In this document: piece after piece, positions 53,404-64,000 of the stretch | Numbering within the stretch: position 1 is the stretch's first letter | Layout of the letters: each line of letters starts with the position of its first letter | Assembly: GCF_964213995.1 (NCBI RefSeq) | Contig: NC_135808.1 | Coordinates: 50,220,001-50,284,000 of the forward strand | Reading direction: 5' to 3' | Length of the DNA stretch: 64,000 bases | DNA from: Mustelus asterias | Taxonomy: Eukaryota | Made by a program: the position numbers and the translations under genes | Notes under the pieces: generated by a model | The model's input: the letters and a program-made list of their open reading frames with translations, nothing else | Told to the model about the DNA's origin: nothing | Databases searched by the model: none

Positions 53404-55199
53404 CCTCAAACAACATTCTCTTCTCTGGAAAGTAACTCTGGAGATTGTTGCTGGTGATGTTTACATTTTAAAATGATTCCAGATCTGAATAGTTTTGTTG
53501 TTGAGCTGCCTGCTTTAACTCTGATACAAGTTACATTTCTGACAAACTTCAAGCTTTCGGGTTTATATTTTGGGAAGAGACAAACACATTTTAAACTCTT
53601 CCTTCAGCACAGAAGCTTTCAGCATCTGGATTTGTGTCAATTGTTGTCAAACCTTTTAAAATAAACATTTCCTGTTGAGAACTCGATCAGGACCCAAAGC
53701 TCAAATCTTTAAACTTTGTAAGAATTATAATTTCCACTTTCAAAACTGAAACTCCCTTTTCTTGATGTGTGTGACTTTGTATCCAGATTGAAAATCCCAC
53801 ATGTTTATCAACACATGTTGGTGGTGTTGTGGATAGTTTGGAGGGATGTCAGAAGCTGCAGCGTGACATAGATAGGATGCAAGACTGGGCGGAGAAGTGG
53901 CAGATGGACTTCAACCCGGATAAATGTGTAGTGATCCATTTTGGCAGGTCAAATGGGATGAAGGAGTATAATATCAAGGGTAAGACTCTGAGCAGTGTAG
54001 AGGATCAGAAGGACCTTGGGGTCCGGGTCCATTGGACTCTTAAATCGGCCTCACAGGTAGAGGAGGTGGTTAAGAAGGCATATAGTGTGCTGACCTTCAT
54101 CAATCGAGGGACTGAGTTTAGGAGTCCGGGGATAATGATGCAGCTATATAAGACCCTTGATCAGTGTGTCCATATCAGACCTCTTGTCCCCAAGCAAAAG
54201 ATACCATTGGCCCTGAAGGGGTTAAATCATTTTCTTTCAACATAAAGTAAAGGTTCTAAACCAATGTGCAAACTCCACACAGACAGTGACCCAAACCGGG
54301 AATCAAACCCAGGTCCCACTGTGCCACCTGGTTCTAAACCATGACCATGCTGTGGGAATAAAAATCTTCAGATCAATTCTCAGAGTCTTAATGCTGTCGG
54401 CAATCTTGTTCCATTTGTGGTTCTCTGAAAATAAAGACACAAGGTCCATTCTGCTCAGGGGAATGGATTCAGCAATCTGAAAGTTTAAGCAGTTGTTGCA
54501 AAGAGTTCACTCTGTGTTCGTCTGCAAGAGGCTGCTGCAAAGCTGCTTCATTTTCAACACAGAGAAAAGCTGGTGTATCTTTAGAGAACAATCAAACTCT
54601 GCTTTCTGGACAGAAATCTCAACTCAAACCTCATAACTTCAAACTTTGCTTTGTTTCATTATATTGTCCTTGAATCCAACTCATTATCCACATTGTGAAG
54701 CTTCAAATTGCTGAAACTTCACACACAAATGAGAAATTAGGGAAGGAAACACATGAAAGCTCACACACACAAATTCTTCATTGTACACAAACACACACAC
54801 ATAGAAAGATATGTATATTTCCATTCTGATAACAATTATATGAACAACATTAAACTTTCCGACTCAAAACAAAGCTACAAGTAGTAGTGGAGGGGGTGGG
54901 AGGAATCTTGGAGACTTCCACCGACAGGAACAATCTAAACAGCCGAAGCTCCCATTTCCTCAGTCCCTGCCTGTCACTGCTCAAGAACGCCCCGAGGGGA
55001 ACCCTCTCGGTCTGTCACTCACTTGCCCTCTCTCATGCTCTCGCTCCCTCTCTCTCTCTCTGTGTCTCTCACGATCTCTCTCTCTCTCTCTCCTGGATTA
55101 AAGCTTTAGCGATTTGCAGCAAATGAATTCATTTTCACCTTTTTAATTGTTTGAAACAATTCAGTGAGTGACATTTTGAGTCCCCAATCTACATTTTTC

Positions 55200-55975
55200 C
55201 CTCTCACTCACTACACTTGACACCAGGAAACGGTTAATACCATTTTACTGCACTGTGTCACTCACTACACCTGTCACTAGGAAACGGTCAATACTGTTTT
55301 ACTGCACCGTGTCTCTCACTACACCTGTCACTAGGAAACGGTCGATACTGTTTTACTGCACTGTGTCACTCACTACAGCTGTCACTAGGAAACTGTCAAT
55401 ACTGTTTTACTGCACTGTGTCACTCACTACAGCTGTCACTAGGAAACTGTCAATACTGTTTTACTGCACTGTGTCACTCACTACAGCTGTCACTAGGAAA
55501 CTGTCAATACTGTTTTACTGCACTGTGTCTCTCACTACACCTGTCACTAGGAAACGGTCGATACTGTTTTACTGCACTGTGTCACTCACTACACCTGTCA
55601 CTAGGAAACGGTCAATACTGTTTTACTGCACCGTGTCACTCACTACACCTGTCACTAGGAAACGGTCAATACTGTTTTACTGCACTGTGTCACTCACTAC
55701 ACCTGTCACTAGGAAACGGTCAATACTGTTTTACTGCACTGTGTCACTCACTACACCTGTCACTAGGAAACGGTCAATACTGTTTTACTGCACCGTGTCT
55801 CTCACTACACCTGTCACTAGGAAACGGTCAATACTGTTTTACTGCACTATGTCTCTCACTACACCTGTCACTAGGAAACGGTCAATACTGTTTTACTGCA
55901 CTGTGTCACTCACTACACCTGTCACTAGGAAACGGTCAATACTGTTTTACTGCACTGTGTCTCTCACTACACCTG
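55200..55975. repeat. 54-bp minisatellite (~14 units)
   Basis: Unit cactgtgtcactcactacacctgtcactaggaaacggtcaatactgttttactg. Confidence 0.95.
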
Positions 55976-56779
55976 AAATGGGGTGAATGAAATGATTTGA
56001 CTGAGATTGAAGTTAAAACATTCATTATTAGCTAGAGAATGGACAAATGTAGAGATGAAGGCATGATGGGAAATTGAGCCAATGTTATTGGAATGAACAA
56101 GGTCACTGAATCTTCAAATCCCAGCCCAGCCCTTCAGGGGTGAGATCAGGAAACACTTCGTCACTTGGAGACTGGTGGAAATCTGGAACTTTCTCCCTGA
56201 AAAAAAGCTGTTGAGGCTGCGGGGGAGCCAATTGAAAATGTTCAAACTGAGCTTCCTCCATCTGTCTCTACTATCCCCAAGTCTTTGCCTCTTCTCTCAC
56301 TGTTTGTGAAAACTCTCCTGTGTAGTCAGCTCATTCCGATTCCCGGGGGAAGAGGCTGGTCTTTGTGATGTGGAGGATTTGGGGGAGGTCAGATCGGGGT
56401 CAAAGATGAGGCCAATGTTGTAGAGAGTCTGGTTGAGCAGCAGACAGTGCTCAGGGGGAGGGATGGAGTTTGTATCGGGAGCTGAAGACCAATGGCTTTG
56501 ATCTTCCCAATGTGTTTCCCAGTGAGCCTGGCTCCTCAGTCCTGACTGCTCTGAGCTGCTGTTCTTTTCACTGATTGGACAGTTATTGTTAGAGATTCAG
56601 GCCACAGCACAAATCCCCAATGTCAAAAATAACTGCAAAGACTGTCAGATCGGAAGATTGAAACGTAACCAACAGAGGAAGTGAAAGAAGGAGCTCAGAG
56701 CAGCTGGATGTTTGTTACTGAGTCGGGAGAAAATGGTGAACCGTGTCCACTACCTCCAATCTCCCAGCACAGAAGGCAC

Positions 56780-59280
56780 AGTGGGATACAGTCAGGAGGG
56801 AGTTATCCTGGGAATCCTCAACAACATTCCAGACTCCATGTAATCTCTCAGTAACATGTCAAACATGGACAAGGAAACTAAATACCGTAACCCCCTCAGC
56901 TGATGAATCAGTTCTCCTCCATGTTGAACAGCACTTGGATGAAGCACTGAGGGTGGCTCGGGCACAGAGTGTACTCTGGGTGGGGACTTCAATGTCCATC
57001 ACCAAGAGTTACTCGGTAGCACCACCACACACCGAGCTGGCCGGGTCCTAAAGGACATAGCTGCTAGACTGGGACTGCGGCAGGTGGTGAGGGAACCAAC
57101 AAGAGGGAGAAACATACTCGACCTCATCCTCACCAACCTGCCTGCCGCAGATGCATCTGTCCATGACAGTATCGGTAGGAGTGACCACCGCACAGTCCTT
57201 GTGGAGATAAAATCCCATCTTCACATTGAGGATCCCCTCCATCGTGTTGTGTGGCACTGCCACCGTGCTAAATGGGATAGATTTCAAACAGATCTAGCAA
57301 CTCAAAACTGGGCATCCATGAGGCACTGTGGGCCATCAGCAGCAGCAGAATTGTACTCAACCACAATCTGTAACCTCATGGCCCGGCATATCCCCCACTC
57401 TACCATTACCACCCAGCCTGGGGATCAACCCTGGTTCAATGAAGAGTGCAGGAGGACATGGCAGGAGCAACAGCAGATGTACTGAAAAATGAGGTGTTAA
57501 CCTGGTGAAGCTACAACACAGGACTGTGTGTCAAACAGCAGAAGCAGCAAGTGATAGACAGAGCTAAACCATCCCATAACCAATGGATCAGATCTAAACT
57601 CTGTAGTCCTGCCATATCCAGCCGTGAATGGTGGTGGACAATTCAACAACTCACTGGAGGAGGAGGCTCCACAAATATCCCCATCCTCAATGATGGCGGA
57701 ACCCAGCACATTAGTGGAAAAGATAAGGCTGATACTGCAATGACTCTGGGTCCCGATAATAATCCAGCAATAGTCCTGAAGACTTGTGCTCCAGAACTTC
57801 CCTTGTCCCCAGCCAAGCTGTTCCAGTACAGCTACAACACTGGCATCTATCCGGAAATGTGGAAAATTGTACAGGTATGATCTGTATACCAAAAAACAGG
57901 ACAAATCTATTCTGGCCAATTCCCGCCCCATCAGTCTACTCTGCATCATCAGCAAAGAGATTGATAGAACTGTCGATGACACATTCTAACAGCTGTAATC
58001 AGCAATAACCTGCTCAGTGACACTCAGTCTGGGCTCCACCAGGGTCACTCAGCTCCTGACCTCATTACAGCCTTGGTTCAAACATGGACAAAAGAGCTGA
58101 ACCCCAGAGGTGAGGTGAGAGTGACTGCCCTTGACATCAAGGCAGCATTTGACCGAGTGTGGCATCAAGGAGCCCTCGTAAAACTGGAACCCATGGAAAT
58201 CAGGGGAAAACTCCACTGGTTGGAGTCACACCCAGCACAATGGTAGATGGTTGTGGTTCTAGGATTTCAATCTGAGATTGCCCCAGGACATCACTGCAGG
58301 AGCTCCTCAGGGTAGTGTCCTCGGCCCAACCATCTTCAGCTGCTTCATCAATGACCTTCCCTCCATCATAAGGTCAGAAGTGGGGATGTTCGCTGATGAC
58401 TGCACAATGTTCAGCACCATTCACAACTCCTCAGATCCTGAAGCAGTCTATGTCCAAATGCAGCAAGATCTGGACAATATCCAGGCTTGGGGTGACAAGT
58501 GGAAAGTAACAATCACACCTCGCAAGTGCCAGGCAAGGACCATCTCCAACAAGAGAGAATTTTAACATCTCCCCTTGACATTAACTGTCATTACCATCGC
58601 TGAATCCCCCACTATTAACATCCTGGTTGTTATGATTGACCAAAAGCTGAACAGGAAAAGCCATATAAATACTGTGGTTACAAGAGCAGGTCAGTGGTTA
58701 GGAATTCTGTGGAGAGCAACTCACCTCATGGCTCCCCAAAGCCTGCCCACCATCTACAGAGCACAAGTCAGGAGTGTGATGGAATACTCTGGACTTCCCA
58801 GGATGAGTGCAGCTCCAACAACACTCAAGAAGCTCAACATCATTCAGGACAAAGCAACCTCGCTTGATTGATTCCCCTTCCACTAACATTCAATTCCTCC
58901 AGCACTATTGAACAGTGGCAACCGTGTGTACCATCTACAAGATGCCCTGCATGAACTCACCAAGGTTCCTGAGGCAGCACCTTCCAAACCCACAACCACT
59001 ACTAACTGGAAAGATGCAGATCCCTGGGAACACAACCACCCGGAGATTCCCCTCCAAGTCCCTCACCATCCTGACTTGGAAATATAGTGCCATTCCTTCA
59101 CTGTCGCTGGGTCAAAATCCTGGAACTGCCTCCCTAACAGCACTGTGGTTGTGCCTACACCTCATGGACTGCAGCGGTTCAAGAAGGCAGCTCACCACCA
59201 TCTCCTCAGGGTAATTAAGGATGGGCAATAAATGCTGGTGTAGCCAGTGACACCAACTTCCCGTGAATGAATAAATTATT
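56780..59280 (+). mobile_element. Degenerate non-LTR retrotransposon of a second CR1/L2-like family (paralog at 35650-40720 minus; other pieces at 6795-7412, 25216-26430, 51600-52570)
   Basis: Endonuclease motifs LDLILTN...SDH; PQGSVLGPTIFSCFINDL..MFADD. Confidence 0.8.
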
Positions 59281-60409
59281 AAAAAGTTCTACATTACACA
59301 ATGTCCCATTCTGTGTGTTGAACTCTGGAACCTGTCGGCAGGATATTTGACTGCAGGAGCCTTCACCAGTGTCCAATTCTCACCCCAACTGAAATCCACA
59401 CAGAACCTGAATTTATATAGCACCTTAGTGTACAACACAGCCCAAGATGTTTCACAGAGCTGCAGTAAGGAATAGGGGTGGGAGGGGGTGGGGGTGGAGG
59501 AACGTTAAGAGGAGAGATTGAAGACTTGGGTGAAAGGATAGAGTTTGATGGGGAGAGAGACATGGAGAGGGGGAGGGATTAAGGGTGGGAGGTCAGAGAG
59601 TAGGGCCTGGGCGTCTGAAGGCTCTGCTGTCAATGGTGGGATGAAGGAAGCAGCGATGGGCAGGAGAACAGAGTTAGAAGATGGAAGGTGAGGGAGGGAA
59701 TGTGAGTCTGCAGAGGTAGGGAGGAGTGAGGCCATGGAGGGAATTGGAGGGCAGTGAGGTCAGGGGTAACAGGAGAGATTAAGTTAGTTAGGATTATATT
59801 CACTGAAGTTTGAGGATAAAGGGTAAACCTTTTAGAACTGAGGTGAGGAGAAATTTCTTCACCCAGAGGGTGGAGAATGTGTGGAATTCACTTTGACAGA
59901 ATGGGGTTGAGGCCAAAACTTTGTCTGATTTCAAGAAGAAATTAGATATAGCTCTTGGGACGAAAGGGATCAAGGGATATGAGAGGAAGGGGCCGGATCA
60001 GGATATTAAATTCGATGATCAGCCATGATCAAAATGAATGGTAAAGAAGGCTTGAAGGGCCGAATGGCCTACTCTTGCTTCAAGATTCTATATTCCTATG
60101 TCACTGAGGTCAAGGGTAACATGTCAGTGAGGTCAGGGGTGATGGGTCAGTGAGGTCAGAGGTAGTGTTGGAACGACACTTGGTGTGAGACAGGGTCCGG
60201 ACTCACTGCGTTTGGGACAAGTTCGGGTTTATGGAGTGTGGATGAAGGGAGCCGGGAGAGGATATCGGAATAATAGAGTTAGGAGGAGTGAGAAGCAGGG
60301 ATAAGAGTCTCTGCGCTCATGGGGCTGATGTAGTGTAGAGACGGACAATGTTGTAGAGATGGAAATAAGAGGCCTACATGATGGAGAGGATGTGAAGTTT
60401 GAAGCTCAG

Positions 60410-60785
60410 CTACTGGAGGCTCCAGTGGGAAGGAGGCCCATGTCTACTGGTCCCTATTGGAGGCTCCAGTGGGGAGGAAGCCCATGTTTACTGGTCCCTA
60501 TTGGAGGGTTCAGTGGGAAGGAGGCCCATGTTTACTGGTCCCTATTGGATGCTCCAGTGGGAAGGAGGCCCATGTTTACTGGTCCCTATTGGAGGGTTCA
60601 GTGGGGAGGAAGCCCATGTTTACTGGTCCCTATTGGAGGGTTCAGTGGGGAGGAAGCCCATGTTTACTGGTCCCTATTGGAGGGTTCAGTGGGGAGGAAG
60701 CCCATGTTTACTGGTCCCTATTGGAGGGTTCAGTGGGGAGGAAGCCCACGTTTACTGGTCCCTATTGGAGGCTCCAGTAGGACAT
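60410..60785. repeat. 44-bp minisatellite, uninterrupted paralogous copy
   Basis: Reverse complement of the array at 33635-34880. Confidence 0.9.
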
Positions 60786-62103
60786 GGACACCATGGTCGA
60801 TGTGGAGCAGTTTCTTTATGTTATAAATGTGTGATTGTTCACTTTTGAGGAATTCACAAAGTGGGTGAAGGGAACTTGTAGATGTGATATTTAGGGAATT
60901 CCAAAAGGTATTTGATAAATTGCCACATCAAATCTTGCTACACAAGATACAAGCTGATGGTGTGTGGGTAACATATTAGCATTAATAGAGGATTGGTTAG
61001 CGAACAGAGACCAGAGAGAGGGGTAAATGATTGTTTTGGGGTTGGGAAGCTGTAATTAGTGGAATTCTGGAACAATCAGTGCTGGGACCACAACTATTCA
61101 CAATCCAGATCAATGACTTGGATGAAGGGAGTGAATGGAGCTGATGTCCCAATGACAGCAGCATGGTCAGTGCAGGCTTAGAGGGTCGAAGGGCCTGTTC
61201 CTGTGCTGTAATTTTCTTTGTTTTTTGACACTAAGATAGTTGGGGAAAGTAAGTTATCAAGAGGAGATAGAGAGTCTGCAAACAGATGGAAACAAGGGAA
61301 GTGAGTGGCTAAACATTTGGAATATAACTGCGTAAATGTGAAGGTGTCCACTTTGGCAGGAAGAATAGAACAGCAGGAAACTATTGAAATGGAGAGAGAT
61401 TGCACAACTCGGTGCTACAGAGGGATCTGGCTGTCCTGGGACATGAATCACAACAAGTTAGTCTGCAGCTACAGCAAGTGATTAGGAAGACAAATGGAAT
61501 GTTGGTGTTTATTACAAGGAGAATGGAATATAAAAATAGGGAAGTTTTACTGCAGCTGTACAGTGTCTCGGTGAGACCACATCTGGAATACTGTACATTT
61601 TGGTCTCCTTATTTGGAAAAGGATATCATTGTGTTCGAAGCAGTTCAGAGAAGATTCACCCGACACATTCCTGGGGTGAGGGGTTATCTTATGAAGAAAA
61701 GTTGGACAGGCTGGGCCTGAACCCATTGGAGTTTAGAAGAATGAGAGGTGATCTTATTGAAACATATCAGGTTGTGAGGGGACTGACAGAGTGGATACCA
61801 GGAGGGTGGTGTCTCTTCTGGGGCAGAGTGAGATGAGTGGACAGATGGATAGAAGTGCTGGAGAGAAAGTGATGGAGAAGGAGAGCTGAACTGAGGAAGA
61901 GAGAGGGAGAGAATGATAAGAGAGAAAGAATGAGTGAAGGAGAGGGCAAAGAAGGAGAATAAGACAGGAACAACAAGAGAGAGAGACCGAGAGAGGGGGA
62001 ACAGAGAGAGGGGGAACAGAGAAGGGTGAATAGAGAGAGCGGGAGCAGAGACTGAGGGACAGAGACTGAGGGACAGAGACTGAGGGAGGGAGAGAGAAGA
62101 AGA

Positions 62104-62198
62104 GGAAGTGAAAGGTGCTGACGTGGTTTCTCTGGGTCAGACCATTTACAAACTGAGGAACAGGCAGTGAGACTCTGACAGGCTGCAGCTTTATAAAG
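62104..62198 (+). promoter_or_regulatory. V promoter, cluster 2
   Basis: Same motif string as the cluster 1 promoter, in reverse complement. Confidence 0.7.
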
Positions 62199-62257
62199 CA
62201 GAGCCCAGTGAAGGGAGAGTTTATCAGTAACCAGGCACAGGGACACGACCACACACC

Positions 62258-62306
62258 ATGATTTCAGCCATCCAGCTGCTCTGGCCTCAGGCATTCTGCA
62301 TCGCAG
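62258..62306 (+). pseudogene. Leader exon of V-deleted cluster 2 (MISAIQLLWPQAFCIA-G)
   Basis: Matches the cluster 1 leader except CTG>CAG (L>Q); GT donor intact; intron truncated at ~62439 and fused to the minisatellite that lies 3' of the V-RSS in cluster 1. Confidence 0.9.
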
Positions 62307-62439
62307 GTACAAATCTCTCTCCTTCCACCTTGAATATTTTCCTGCTCTCCATTTCAATCCAATTCTCCTGACTTGTGATTGAAGGGAAAATGCTGAAAGG
62401 AGAGGAACAGTCAGTGTCTCCAACAATATCTCATTGTAC

Positions 62440-63035
62440 CACCTCCTGTACTGACACATCCCACAGTTTTATATAATATATAATAATGGACACACAGTCC
62501 CACCTCCTGTACTGACACATCCCACAGTTTTATATAATATATAATAATGGACACACAGTCCCACCTCCTGTACTGACACATCCCACAGTTTTATATAATA
62601 TATAATAATGGACACACAGTCCCACCTCCTGTACTGACACATCCCACAGTTTTATATAATATATAATAATGGACACACAGTCCCACCTCCTGTACTGACA
62701 CATCCCACAGTTTTATATAATATATAATAATGGACACACAGTCCCACCTCCTGTACTGACACATCCCACAGTTTTATATAATATATAATAATGGACACAC
62801 AGTCCCACCTCCTGTACTGACACATCCCACAGTTTTATATAATATATAATAATGGACACACAGCACCACCTCCTGTACTGACACATCCCACAGTTTTATA
62901 TAATATATAATAATGGACACACAGTCCCACCTCCTGTACTGACACATCCCACAGTTTTATATAATATATAATAAAGGACACACAGTCCCACCTCCTGTAC
63001 TGACACATCCCACAGTTTTATATAATATATAATAA
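62440..63035. repeat. 61-bp minisatellite, expanded copy (~10 units)
   Basis: Same unit in reverse complement. Confidence 0.95.
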
Positions 63036-63336
63036 AGACAAGAAAGGAAACTGGACAAATTATTTGCACTGTCCACTACACACTCCAGTCCCTGTGGTGT
63101 CCACCGCTCGCTGAAGGCCTCGAGTTTCCCTCTTACTCTCCATGTCCACATATGAAGAGCAGCTGAAAGATTTATCATCTCAAATTAGAATTCTCAACTC
63201 TCCCGACAAAACACTGAGACATTGAGAGAAACAGAGAGAGAGAAACAGAGAGAGAGAAAGAGTGAGAGAGAAAGAGTGAGAGAGAAAGAGTGAGAGAGAA
63301 GAGATGAGTGAGTGAGTGAGTGAGGCAGAGAGCAGA

Positions 63337-63375
63337 GGTTTTTGTACAGCTCCTGCACTGGAAGCTGTCAGTGTG
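63337..63375 (+). other. 23-spacer RSS 5' of J, cluster 2
   Basis: GGTTTTTGT + 23 nt + CAGTGTG, identical to cluster 1. Confidence 0.95.
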
Positions 63376-63410
63376 CCTTACGTTCGGTAAAGGAACCAAA
63401 CTCAGACTGA
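63376..63410 (+). CDS. IGKJ: Ig kappa-type J segment, cluster 2 (LTFGKGTKLRL)
   Basis: Identical to the cluster 1 J, with GTAAGT donor. Confidence 0.95.
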
Positions 63411-64000
63411 GTAAGTAAAGCCCAATCCTCCGTTATTAACCCTTTCAATGCTGAAACTTTCTCAAACACAAATGCTGAATAGTTGAAGGTGTTGGTGAGG
63501 AAGCTGCAGTCAATGAAATGGTTGATTGAAGAACATTGTGTGGAACAGGGAGCCCAGCTGTATTTCTTTCCTTCCATTTCCCCCTTTAAGCAGCAAGATA
63601 TAAGTAAGCAGCTTTTACCCACCGTGTGGAGGAGATCTGGACGTTTGCAGACTGTGCTCACATTCCTGCAGCATGGAGTGAAATCACTCTCTAGACTCCT
63701 GTCAGTCTCAGTGTGACACACACAGGCAGAGTTTGATGTGAAGTCGGACTCCCTGTCACACTCTCTGGTATAACTGATCACAGCACCAGCACAGTGAGAC
63801 ACCGAGGTGCCACCTCCCCCAGCTTTCACTCTGCTCTCTCCACTCCCTGCTTATCTCTTGCTAAAGTTCTGATGACAAACAGCTACAGCAGGGCCCACAA
63901 TCCAGTGGCTTCAGTGTTCCAGGCTTTTGGGGAGACTCTCAGTTACTTTCTCTTTGGGACGAGTTCAGTCCGATATTTATCCCGGATCCAACATCACTGA

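Larger units (their letters stand above)
56360..64000 (+). repeat. Right arm of inverted segmental duplication (runs off the window)
   Basis: Collinear inverted homology with 30116-41130. Confidence 0.92.

Noticed and set aside
55200-55975. Regular repeats resembling a CRISPR array, and a 243-aa ORF
   Set aside because: No unique spacers; head-to-tail 54-bp minisatellite in vertebrate DNA; the ORF is a by-product of a unit length divisible by 3
62430-62450. V loss in cluster 2 as a germline RAG-mediated event
   Set aside because: Breakpoints are not at the V heptamer, the deleted segment lacks CAC...GTG ends and J-RSS is untouched; a 2-nt microhomology (AC) fits ordinary repair

Overview
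Repeat-dense vertebrate genomic DNA, most likely elasmobranch (shark), judged from HE1-type SINEs, CR1/HER1 LINEs and cluster-type Ig organisation. The only host genes are two immunoglobulin kappa-type (nurse-shark NS4-like) light-chain miniloci, arranged head-to-head in an inverted segmental duplication (arms ~30116-41130 and ~56360-64000+). Cluster 1 (minus strand) is complete and unrearranged: promoter, leader, V with 12-RSS, J with 23-RSS, C and polyA signal. Cluster 2 (plus strand) keeps the promoter, leader and an intact 23-RSS/J but has lost the V exon and its RSS; its C exon would lie beyond the window. The rest is mobile DNA: a defective ERV (LTR, tRNA-Phe PBS, gag, in-frame UGA-CGG, pro-pol, a second integrase tail, CWVC env fragment), a gypsy remnant, a solo LTR, many CR1 and other LINE fragments, SINEs, hAT- and Harbinger-like MITEs, Penelope-type palindromes (one with a minimal hammerhead-ribozyme motif) and several minisatellites. 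Transposable-element boundaries are approximate unless a TSD is quoted.
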